A DNA stretch of 64,000 nucleotides, taken from Eledone cirrhosa. Taxonomy: Eukaryota. Position numbers and translations under genes: made by a program. Location: the NCBI GenBank assembly GCA_964016885.1, contig OZ024740.1:2976001-3040000 (forward strand), written 5' to 3'. Position 1 is the stretch's first letter, and the number at the start of each line of letters is the position of its first letter. Positions 51,001 through 64,000 of this stretch are shown here, piece by piece. The notes under the pieces were generated by a model. It made no database searches, had not been told where the DNA came from, and saw only the letters and a list, made by a program, of their open reading frames with translations.

Positions 51001-54000
51001 TCAGACCCTCTACCAATAATACCAATCCACCACCTACCATGGTGTCTGACCCTCTACCTATACTGCCAATCCACCACCCTACTATGATGTCAGACCCTCT
51101 ACCAATACTACCAATCCACCAGCTAACATGGTGTCAGACCCTCTACCAATACTACCAGTCCACCACCTCCCATGGTGTCAGACCCTCTACCAATACTACC
51201 AATCCACCACCCTACCATGGTGTCAGACCCTCTACCAATACTACCAATCCACCACCCTAGCATGGTGTCAGACCCTCTACCAATACTGCCAATCCACCAC
51301 CTAACATGGTGTCAGACCCTCTACCAATACTACCAGTCCACCACCTCCCATGGTGTCAGACCCTCTACCAATACTGCCAATCCACCACCCTAGCATGGTG
51401 TCAGACCCTCTACCAATACTGCCAATCCACCACCTAACATGGTGTCAGACCCTCTACCAATACTGCCAATCCACCACCCTAACATGGTGTCTGACCCTCT
51501 ACCAATACTACAAATCCTCCAACCTAACATGGTGTCAGACCCTCTACAAATACTACCAATCCACCACCTAACATGGTGTCAGACCCTCTCCCAATACTAC
51601 CAATCCACCACCTACCATGTTGTCAGACCCTCTACCAATACTACCAATCCACCACCTAACATGGTGTCAGACCCTCTACCGATACTGCCATTCCACCACC
51701 CTACCATGGTGTCAGACCCTCTACCAATACTGCCATTCCACCACCCTACCATGGTGTCATACCCTCTACCAATACTGCTAATCCAGCACCCTACCATGGT
51801 GTCAGACCCTCTACCAATACTACCAATCCACCACCTAACATGGTGTCAGACCCTCTACCAATACTGCCAATTCACCACCTAACATGGTGCAGACCCTCTA
51901 CCAATACTGCCAATCCACCACCCTAGCATGGTGTCTGACCCTCAAGCAATACAGGCAATCCACCACCTACCATGGTGTCAGACCCTCTACCAATACTACC
52001 AGTCCACCACCTACCATGGTGTCAGACCCTCTACCAATACTACCAGTCCACCACCTACCATGGTGTCAGACCCTCTACCAATACTACCAATCCACCACCT
52101 ACCATGGTGTCAGACCCTCAACCAATACTGCCAATCCACCACCTACCATGGTGTCAGACCCTCTATCAATACTGCCAATCCACCAGCTAACATGGTGTCA
52201 GACCCTCTACCAATACTACCAATCCTCCACCCTAGCATGGTGTCAGACCCTCTACCAATACTACCAATCCACCACCCTAACATGGTGTCAGACCCTCTAC
52301 CAATACTACCAATCCTCCACCCTAGCATGGTGTCAGACCCTCTACCAATACTACCAATCCACCACCCTAACATGGTGTCAGACCCTCTACCAATACTACC
52401 AATCCACCACCCTAACATGGTGTCAGACCCTCTACCAATACTGCCAATCCAGCACCCGAACATGGTGTCAGACGCTCTACCAATACTACCAATCCACCAC
52501 CTACCATGGTGTCTGACCCTCTTCCAATACGGCCAATTCACCACGTTATATGGTGTCAGACACTTTACCAATACTACCAATCCACCACCCTCGCATGGTG
52601 TCAGACCCTCTACCAATAATACCAATCCACCACCTAGCATGGCGTCTGACCCTCTACCAATACTGCCAATCCACCACCCGAACATGACATCAGACCCTCT
52701 ACCAATACTACCAATCCACCACCCTACCATGGTGTCAGACCCTCTACCAATACTACCAATCCACAACCTAACATGGTGTCAGATCCTCTACCAATACTGC
52801 CAATCCACCACCCTAGCATGGTGTCAGACCCTCTACCAATACTACCTATCCACCACCTACCATGGTGTCAGACCCTCTACCAATACTACCAATCTACCAC
52901 CTACCATGGCGTCAGACCCTCTACCAATACTGCCAATTCACCACCTAGCATGGCGTCTGACCCTCTACCAATACTGCCAATCCACCACCTACCATGGTGT
53001 CAGACCCTCTACCAATACTACCAATCCACCACCTAACATGGTGTCAGACGCTCTACCAATAGTACCAATCCACCACCCTAACATGACATCAGACCCTCTA
53101 CCAATACTACCAATCCACCACCTAACATGGTGTCAGACCCTCTACCAATACTGCCAATCCAGCACCCGAACATGGTGTCAGACGCTCTACCAATACTACC
53201 AATCCACCACCTACCATGGTGTCAGACCCTCTACCAATACTGCCAATCCAGCACCCGAACATGGTGTCAGACGCTCTACCAATACTACCAATCCACCACC
53301 TACCATGGTGTCTGACCCTCTACCAATACTGCCAATCCACTACCTAACATGGTGTCAGACCCTCTACCAATACTGCCAATCCACCACCTAACATGGTGTC
53401 AGACGCTCTAGCAATACTGCCAATCCACCACCCTACCATGGTGTCAGACCCTCTACCAATACTGCCAATCCAGCACCCTACCATGGTGTCAGACCCTCAA
53501 CCAATACTGCCAATCCACCACCCTAGCATGGTCTCCCACCCTCTACCGATACTGCCAATCCACCACCCTAGCATGGTGTCTGACCCTCTACCAATACTGC
53601 CAATCCACCATCTAAAATGGTGTCAGACCCTCTACCAATACTGCAAATCCACCACCTACCATGGTGTCAGACCCTCTACCAATACTGCCAATCCACCACC
53701 CTGACATGGCGTCTGACCCTCTACATATACTGCCAATCCACCACCTAGCATGGCGACTGACCCTCTACCAATACTACCAATCTAGCACCCTACAATGGTG
53801 TCAGACCCTCTACCTATACTGCCAATCCACCACCCTAACATGGTGTCAGACCCTCTACCAATACTGCCAATCCAGCACCTAGCATGGCGACTGACCCTCT
53901 ACCAATACTACCAATCCACCACCCTAACATGGTGTCAGACCCTCTACCAATACTACCAATCCACCACCCTAACATGGTGTCAGACCCTCTACCAATACTA

Positions 54001-57000
54001 CCAATCCACCACCCTAACATGGTGTCAGACCCTCTACCAATACTACCAATCTAGCACCCTACAATGGTGTCAGACCCTCTACCAATACTGCCAATCCACC
54101 ACCTACCATGGTGTCAGACCCTCTACCAATACTGCCAATCCAGCACCCTACCATGGTGTCAGATCCTCTACCAATACTGCCAATCAAGCACCCTACCATG
54201 GTGTCAGACCCACTACCAATACTGCCAATCCACCACCTACCATGGTGTCAGACCCTCTACCAATACTGCCAATCCAGCACCCTACCATGGTGTCAGACCC
54301 TCTACCAATACTGCCAATCCACCAGCTAACATGGTGTCAGACCCTCTACCAATACTACCAATCCACCACCTAACATGGTGTCAGACTCTCTACCAATTCT
54401 GCCAATCCACCACCCTAACATGGTGTCAAACCCTCTATCAATACAACCAATCCCACACCCTAGCATGGTGTCAGACCCTCTACCAATACTGCCAATCCAC
54501 CACCCTACGATGTGTCAGACCCTCTTCCAATACGGCCAATTCACCACGTTATATGGTGTCAGACACTTTACCAATACTACCAATCCACCACCTACCATGT
54601 TGTCAGACACTCTACCAATAATACCAATCCACAACCCAAACATGGTGTCAGACCCTCTACCAATAATGCCAATCCACAACCCTAACATGGTGTCAGACCC
54701 TCTACAAATACTACCTATCCACCACCAACCATGGCATCTGACGCTCTCCCAATACTGCTAATCCAGCACCATAACATGGTGTCTGACCCTCTACAAATAC
54801 TGCCAATCCACCACCCTAACATGACGTCAGACCTTCTACCAATACTGCCAATCCACCACCCTCAGATGGTGTCAGAACCTCTACCAATACTGCCAATCCA
54901 CCACGTACCATGTTGTCAGACCCTCTACTAATACTGCCAATCCACCACCCTAACATGGTGTCAGACCCTCTACCAATACTACCAATCCACCACCCTGACA
55001 TGGCGTCTGACCCTCTACATATACTGCCAATCCACACCCTAACATGGCATCAGACCCTCTACCAATACTGCCAATCAACCACCCTAACATGGTGTCATAC
55101 CGTCTACCAATACTACCAATCCACCACCCTAACATGACGTCAGACCCACTACCAATACTACCAATCAACCAACTAACACGGTGTCAGATCCTCTACTAAT
55201 ACTGCAAATCCACCACCCTAGCATGGCGTCTGACGCTCTACCAATACTGCCAATCCACCACCCTAACATGGTGTCAGACCCTCTACCAATACTGCCATTC
55301 CACCACCCTAGCATGGTGGCAGACCCTCTAGCAATACTACCAATCCACCATCTACCATGGTGTCAGGCCTCTAGCAATACTACCAATCCATCACCCTACC
55401 ACGGTGTCAGACCCTCTACCAATACTGCCAATCCACCACCCTACCATGGTGTCAGGCCCTCTACCAATACTGCCAATCCACCACCTACCATGGTGTCAAA
55501 CCCTCTACCAATACTGACAATCCACCACCCTACTATGGTGTCAGACCCTCTACCAATACTACCAATCCAACACATGCCATGGTGTCAGACCCTCTACCAA
55601 TACTGCCAATCCACTACCCTACCATGGTGTCAGACCCTCTCCCAATACTGCCAATCCAGCACCCTACCATGGTGTCAGACCCTCTACCAATACTGCCAAT
55701 CCACCACCCTACCATGGTGTCAGACCCTCTACCAATACTGCCAATCCACCACCTACCATGGTGTCAGACCCTCTACCAATACTGCCAATCCACCACTCTA
55801 CCATGGTGTCAGACCCTCTACACATACTACCAATCCACCACCCTAACATGGTGTTAGACCCTCTACCCATACTACCAATCAGCCACCTTAACATGGTATC
55901 AGACCCTCTACCAATACTGCCAATCCACCACCTAACATGGTGTCAGACCCTCTACCAATATTAACAATCCACCATCCTAACATGGTGTCAGGCCCTCTAC
56001 CAATACTGCCAATCCTACACCTAACATGGTGTCAGACCCTCTACCAATACTGCCAATCCACCATCTAACATGGTGTCAGACCCTCTACCTATACTACCAA
56101 TCCACCACCCTACCACGGTGTCAGACCCTTTACCAATACTGCCAATCCACCATCTAAAATGGTGTCAGACCCACTACCAATACTACCAATCCACCACCTA
56201 CCATGGTGTCTTACCCTCTACCAATACTGCAAATCCACCACCCTAACATGGTGTCAGACCCTCTAACAATACTCCCAATCCACCAACCTAACATGGTGTC
56301 AGACCCTCTACCAATTCTGCAAATCCACCACACTAAGATGGTGTCAGACCCTCTACCAATACTACCAATCCACCACCTACCATGGTGCCAGACCCTCTAC
56401 CAATAATACCAATCCACCACCTACAATGGTGTCAGATCCTCTACCAATAATACCAATTCACCACACTAGCATGGTGTCTGACCCTCTACCAATACTGCCA
56501 ATCCACCACCTACCATGGTGTCAGACCCTCTACCAATACTACCAATCCACCACCTACCATGGTGTCAGACCCTCTACCAATAATACCAATCCACCACCTA
56601 CCATGGTGTCTGACGCTCTACATATACTGCCAATCCACCACCCTACTGTGGTGTCAGACCCTCTACCAATACTACCAATCCACCACCTAACATGGTGTCA
56701 GATCCTCTACCAATACTGCCAATCCACCACCCTAGCATGGTGTCAGACTCTCTATCAATACAACCTATCCACCACCTACCATGGTGTCATACCGTCTACC
56801 TATACTGCCAATCCACCACATACCATGGTATCTGACCCTCTACCAATACTACCAATCCACCACATACCATGGTGTCAGACCCTCGACCAATACTACCAAT
56901 CCACCACCCTAGCATGGTGTCAGACCCTCTACCAATACTACCAATCCACCACCTACCATGGTGTCAGACCCTCTACCAATACTACCAATCCACCACCCTA

Positions 57001-60000
57001 GCATGGTGTCAGACCCTCTACCAATACTACCAATCCACCACCTAACATGGTTGCAGACCATTTACCAATACTGCCAATCCACCACCTAGCCTGGCGTCTG
57101 ACCCTCTACCAATATTGCTAATCCACCACCTACCATGGTGTCAGACCCTCTACCAATAATACCAATCCACCACCTACCATGGTGTCTGATGCTCTACCTA
57201 TATTGCCAATCCACCACCCTACTATGGTGTCAGACCCTCTACCAATACTACCAATCCACCACCTAACATGGTGTCAGATCCTCTACCAATGCTGCCAATC
57301 CACCACCCTAGCATGGTGTCAGACCCTCTATCAATACTACCGATCCACCACCTACCATGGTGTCAGACCCTCTACCAGTACTACCAATCCACCACCTAAC
57401 ATGGTGTCAGATCCTCTACCAATAATACCAATCCACCACCCTAACATGGTGTCAGACCCTCTACCAATAATACCAATCCACCACCTACCATGGTGTCTGA
57501 CCCTCTACCTATACTGCCAATCCACCAGCCTAACATGGCGTCAGACCCTCTACCAATACTGCCAATCCACCACCTACCCTGGTGTCAGACCTTCTACCTA
57601 TACTGCCAATCCACCACCCTAACATGACGTCAGACATTCTACCAATACTGCCAATCCACCACCCTCAGATGGTGTCAGAACCTCTACCAATACTGCCAAT
57701 CCACCACGTACCATGGTGTCAGACCCTCTACCAATACTGCCAATCCACCACCTTAACATGGTGTCAGACCCTCTACCAATACTACCAATCCACCACCCTA
57801 ACATGGCGCCTGACCCTCTACATATACTGCCAATCCACCACCCTAACATGGCATCAGACCCTCTACCAATACTGCCTATCCACCACCCTAACATGGTGTC
57901 ATACCGTCTACCAATACTGCCAATCCACCAGCCTAACATGGCGTCTGACCGTCTACCTATACTGCCAATCCACCACCCTAACATGACATCAGACCCTCTC
58001 CTAATACTACCAATCCACCACCTACCATGGTGTCAGACCCTTTACCAATACTGCCTATCCACCACCCTAACATGACGTTAGACCCTCTACCAATACTACC
58101 AATCCACCACCTAACATGGTGTCAGATCCTCTACCAATACTGCCAATCCACCACCCTAGCATCGCGTCTGACGCTCTATCAATACTGCCAATCCACCACC
58201 CTAACATGGTGTCAGACCCTCTAGCAATACTACCAATCCACCACCTACCATGGTGTCAGGCCTCTAGCAATACTGCCAATCCACCACCCTATCATGACGT
58301 CAGACCCTCTACCAATACTGCCAATCCACCACCCTACCATGGTGTCAGACCCTCTAGCAATACTACCAATCCACCACCTACCATGGTGTCAGGCCTCTAG
58401 CAATACTGCCAATCCACCACCCTACCATGGTGTCAGACCCTCTACCAATACTGCCAATCCACCACCCTACCATGGTGTCAGACCCTCTACCAATACTACC
58501 AATCCACCACATACCATGGTGTCAGACCCTCTACCAATACTGCCTATCCACTACCCTACCATGGTGTCAGACCCTCTACCAATACTGCCATCCTCCACCC
58601 TACCATGGTGTCAGACCCTCTACCAATACTGCCAATCCACCACCCTACCATGGTGTCAGACCCTCTACCAATACTACCAATCCACCACCTAACATGGTGT
58701 CAGAACCTCTACCAATACTGCCAATCCACCACCTAGCATGGCGTCTGAACCTCTACCAATACTACCAATCTAGCACCCTACAATGGTGTCAGACCCTCTG
58801 TCTATACTGCCAATCTAACAACTACCATGGTGTCAGACCCTCTACCAATACTACCAATCCACCACCCTAACATGGTGTCAGACCCTCTACCAATAATACC
58901 AATCCACCACCTACCATGGTGTCTGACCCTCTACCTATACTGCCAATCCACCACCCTACTATGATGTCAGACCCTCTACCAATACTACCAATCCACCAGC
59001 TAACATGGTGTCAGACCCTCTACCAATACTACCAGTCCACCACCTCCCATGGTGTCAGAACCTCTACCAATACTACCAATCCACCACCCTACCATGGTGT
59101 CAGACCCTCTACCAATACTACCAATCCACCACCATAGCATGGTGTCAGACCCTCTACCAATACTGCCAATCCAACACCTAACATGGTGTCAGACCCTCTA
59201 CCAATACTACCAGTCCACCACCTCCCATGGTGTCAGACCCTCTACCAATACTGCCAATCCACCACCCTAGCATGGTGTCAGACCCTCTACCAATACTGCC
59301 AATCCACCACCTAACATGGTGTCAGACCCTCTACCAATACTGCCAATCCACCACCCTAACATGGTGTCTGACCCTCTACCAATACTACAAATCCTCCAAC
59401 CTAACATGGTGTCAGACCCTCTACAAATACTACCAATCCACCACCTAACATGTTGTCAGACCCTCTCCCAATACTACCAATCCACCACCTACCATGTTGT
59501 CAGACCCTCTACCAATACTACCAATCCACCACCTAACATGGTGTCAGACCCTCTACCTATACTACCAATCCACCACCCTACCATGGTGTCAGACCCTCTA
59601 CCAATACTACCAATCCACCACCCTACCATGGTGTCAGACCCTCTACCAATACTACCAATCCACCACCATAGCATGGTGTCAGACCCTCTACCAATACTGC
59701 CAATCCAACACCTAACATGGTGTCAGACCCTCTACCAATACTACCAGTCCACCACCTCCTATGGTGTCAGACCCTCTACCGATACTGCCATTCCACCACC
59801 CTACCATGGTGTCAGACCCTCTACCAATACTGCCATTCCACCACCCTACCATGGTGTCAGACCCTCTACCAATACTGCTAATCCAGCACCCTACCATGGT
59901 GTCAGACCCTCTACCAATACTACCAATCCACCACCTAACATGGTGTCAGACCCTCTACCAATACTGCCAATTCACCACCTAACATGGTGCAGACCCTCTA

Positions 60001-63000
60001 CCAATACTGCCAATCCACCACCCTAGCATGGTGTCTGACCCTCAAGCAATACAGGCAATCCACCACCTACCATGGTGTCAGACCCTCTACCAATACTACC
60101 AGTCCACCACCTACCATGGTGTCAGACCCTCTACCAATACTACCAGTCCACCACCTACCATGGTGTCAGACCCTCTACCAATACTACCAGTCCACCACCT
60201 ACCATGGTGTCAGACCCTCAACCAATACTGCCAATCCACCACCTATCATGGAGTCGGACCCTCTACCAATACTACTAATCCAGCATCCTACCATGGTGTC
60301 AGACCCTCAACCAATACTGCCAATCCACCACCTACCATGGAGTCAGACCCTCTATCAATACTGCCAATCCACCACCCTAACATGGTGTCAGACCCTCTAC
60401 CAATACTACCAATCCACCACCTAACATGGTGTCAAACTCTCTACCAATTCTGCCAATCCACCACCCTAACAGGGTGTCAGACCCTCTACCAATACTACCA
60501 ATCCTCCACCCTAGCATGGTGTCAGACCCTCTACCAATACTGCCAGTCCAACACCCTACCAGGTGTCAGACCCTCTTCCAATACGGCCAATTCACCACGT
60601 TATATGGTGTCAGACACTTTACCAATACTACCAATCCACCACCCTCGCATGGTGTCAGACCCTCTACCAATAATACCAATCCACCACCTAGCATGGCGTC
60701 TGACCCTCTACCAATACTGCCAATCCACCACCCGAACATGACATCAGACCCTCTACCAATACTACCAATCCACCACCCTACCATGGTGTCAGACCCTCTA
60801 CCAATACTACCAATCCACAACCTAACATGGTGTCAGATCCTCTACCAATACTGCCAATCCACCACCCTAGCATGGTGTCAGACCCTCTACCAATACTACC
60901 TATCCACCACCTACCATGGTGTCAGACCCTCTACCAATACTACCAATCTACCACCTACCATGGCGTCAGACCCTCTACCAATACTGCCAATCCACCACCT
61001 AGCATGGCGTCTGACCCTCTACCAATACTGCCAATCCACCACCTACCATGGTGTCAGACCCTCTACCAATACTACCAATCCACCACCTAACATGGTGTCA
61101 GACGCTCTACCAATAGTACCAATCCACCACCCTAACATGACATCAGACCCTCTACCAATACTACCAATCCACCACCTAACATGGTGTCAGACCCTCTACC
61201 AATACTGCCAATCCAGCACCTGAACATGGTGTCAGACGCTCTACCAATACTACCAATCCACCACCTACCATGGTGTCAGACCCTCTACCAATACTGCCAA
61301 TCCAGCACCCGAACATGGTGTCAGACGCTCTACCAATACTACCAATCCACCACCTACCATGGTGTCTGACCCTCTACCAATACTGCCAATCCACTACCTA
61401 ACATGGTGTCAGACCCTCTACCAATACTGCCAATCCACCACCTAACATGGTGTCAGACCCTCTAGCAATACTGCCAATCCACCACCCTACCATGGTGTCA
61501 GACCCTCTACCAATACTGCCAATCCAGCACCCTACCATGGTGTCAGACCCTCAACCAATACTGCCAATCCACCACCCTAGCATGGTGTCCCACCCTCTAC
61601 CGATACTGCCAATCCACCACCCTAGCATGGTGTCTGACCCTCTACCAATACTGCCAATCCACCATCTAAAATGGTGTCAGACCCTCTACCAATACTGCAA
61701 ATCCACCACCTACCATGGTGTCAGACCCTCTACCAATACTGCCAATCCACCACCCTGACATGGCGTCTGACCCTCTACATATACTGCCAATCCACCACCT
61801 AGCATGGCGACTGACCCTCTACCAATACTACCAATCTAGCACCCTACAATGGTGTCAGACCCTCTACCTATACTGCCAATCCACCACCCTAACATGGTGT
61901 CAGACCCTCTACCAATACTGCCAATCCACCACCTAGCATGGCGACTGACCCTCTACCAATACTACCAATCCACCACCCTAACATGGTGTCAGACCCTCTA
62001 CCAATACTACCAATCCACCACCCTAACATGGTGTCAGACCCTCTACCAATACTACCAATCCACCACCCTAACATGGTGTCAGACCCTCTACCAATACTAC
62101 CAATCTAGCACCCTACAATGGTGTCAGACCCTCTACCAATACTGCCAATCCACCACCTACCATGGTGTCAGACCCTCTACCAATACTGCCAATCCAGCAC
62201 CCTACCATGGTGTCAGACCCTCTACCAATACTGCCAATCAAGCACCCTACCATGGTGTCAGACCCACTACCAATACTGCCAATCCACCACCTACCATGGT
62301 GTCAGACCCTCTACCAATACTGCCAATCCACCAGCTAACATGGTGTCAGACCCTCTACCAATACTACCAATCCACCACCTAACATGGTGTCAAACCCTCT
62401 ACCAATACAACCAATCCCACACCCTAGCATGGTGTCAGACCCTCTACCAATACTGCCAATCCACCACCCTACGATGTGTCAGACCCTCTTCCAATACGGC
62501 CCATTCACCACGTTATATGGTGTCAGACACTTTACCAATACTACCAATCCACCACCGTAAAATAATGTCAGACCCTATACCAATACTACCAATCCACCAC
62601 CTACCATGTTGTCAGACACTCTACCAATAATACCAATCCACAACCCTAACATGGTGTCAGACCCTCTACCAATAATGCCAATCCACAACCCTAACATGGT
62701 GTCAGACCCTCTACAAATACTACCTATCCACCACCAACCATGGCAACTGACGCTCTCCCAATACTGCTAATCCAGCACCATAACATGGTGTCTGACCCTC
62801 TACAAATACTGCCAATCCACCACCCTACCATGGTGTCAGACCCTCTACCTATACTGCCAATCCACCACCCTAACATGACGTCAGACCTTCTACCTATACT
62901 GCCAATCCACCACCCTCAGATGGTGTCAGAACCTCTACCAATACTGCCAATCCACCACGTACCATGTTGTCAGACCCTCTACTAATACTGCCAATCCACC

Positions 63001-64000
63001 ACCCTAACATGGTGTCAGACCCTCTACCAATACTACCAATCCACCACCCTGACATGGCGTCTGACCCTCTACATATACTGCCAATCCACCACCCTAACAT
63101 GGCATCAGACCCTCTACCAATACTGCCAATCAACCACCCTAACATGGTGTCATACCGTCTACCAATACTACCAATCCACCACCCTAACATGACGTCAGAC
63201 CCACTACCAATACTACCAATCAACCAACTAACACGGTGTCAGATCCTCTACTAATACTGCAAATCCACCACCCTAGCATGGCGTCTGACGCTCTACCAAT
63301 ACTGCCAATCCACCACCCTAACATGGTGTCAGACCCTCTACCAATACTGCCATTCCACCACCCTAGCATGGTGGCAGACCCTCTAGCAATACTACCAATC
63401 CACCATCTACCATGGTGTCAGGCCTCTAGCAATACTACCAATCCATCACCCTACCACGGTGTCAGACCCTCTACCAATACTGCCAATCCACCACCCTACC
63501 ATGGTGTCAGGCCCTCTACCAATACTGCCAATCCACCACCTACCATGGTGTCAAACCCTCTACCAATACTGACAATCCACCACCCTACTATGGTGTCAGA
63601 CCCTCTACCAATACTACCAATCCAACACATGCCATGGTGTCAGACCCTCTACCAATACTGCCAATCCACTACCCTACCATGGTGTCAGACCCTCTCCCAA
63701 TACTGCCAATCCAGCACCCTACCATGGTGTCAGACCCTCTACCAATACTGCCAATCCACCACCCTACCATGGTGTCAGACCCTCTACCAATACTGCCAAT
63801 CCACCACCTACCATGGTGTCAGACCCTCTACCAATACTGCCAATCCACCACTCTACCATGGTGTCAGACCCTCTACACATACTACCAATCCACCACCCTA
63901 ACATGGTGTTAGACCCTCTACCCATACTACCAATCCACCACCTTAACATGGTATCAGACCCTCTACCAATACTGCCAATCCACCACCTAACATGGTGTCA
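47959..64000. repeat. 44/45-bp satellite, ~360 copies, >16 kb, with ~8.05-kb higher-order duplication
   Basis: Unit catggtgtcagaccctctaccaatactgccaatccaccacc(c)taa/tac; variant blocks recur at 52773/60827, 53393/61447 and 55181/63236. Confidence 0.97.

Noticed and set aside
47948-63949. Many MVSDPLPILPIHH repeat ORFs
   Set aside because: These are translations of a SINE-derived satellite; alternating 44/45-bp units shift frame constantly.
34980-64000. CRISPR-like regular repeats (47-, 53- and 44/45-bp arrays)
   Set aside because: Units are head-to-tail with no unique spacers, there are no cas genes, and the context is a eukaryotic intron.

Overview
Repeat-dense animal genomic DNA, most likely a coleoid cephalopod (Octopus-like). 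That assignment is inferred from the SINE types and the abundance of (TA)n, not proven. The whole window lies inside one minus-strand gene, an Epac (RAPGEF3/4-type) cAMP-regulated Rap GEF. Nine phase-compatible exons (1023 nt, 341 aa; end of CNB, REM, RA, start of CDC25) can be spliced by hand, and one intron is a 6.2-kb AT-AC U12 minor intron filled with a 53-bp satellite. The introns contain RTE, CR1, Tx1/L1 and Penelope (Naiad-like) retroelements, two tRNA-SINE families, a Helitron end, TTAA-MITEs and several satellites, including a >16-kb array grown from a SINE A-box head. The main unexpected signal is about 10 intact minimal type-I hammerhead ribozymes from about 6 sequence families, nearly all in asymmetric fold-back palindromes inserted into (TA)n. 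Two of these elements are homologous, ORF-less, circularly permuted 467- and 488-nt units that end at the same site. This points to a circular-RNA retrozyme family mobilised by Penelope-type reverse transcriptase. One hammerhead carries a compensatory U3-A8 core.
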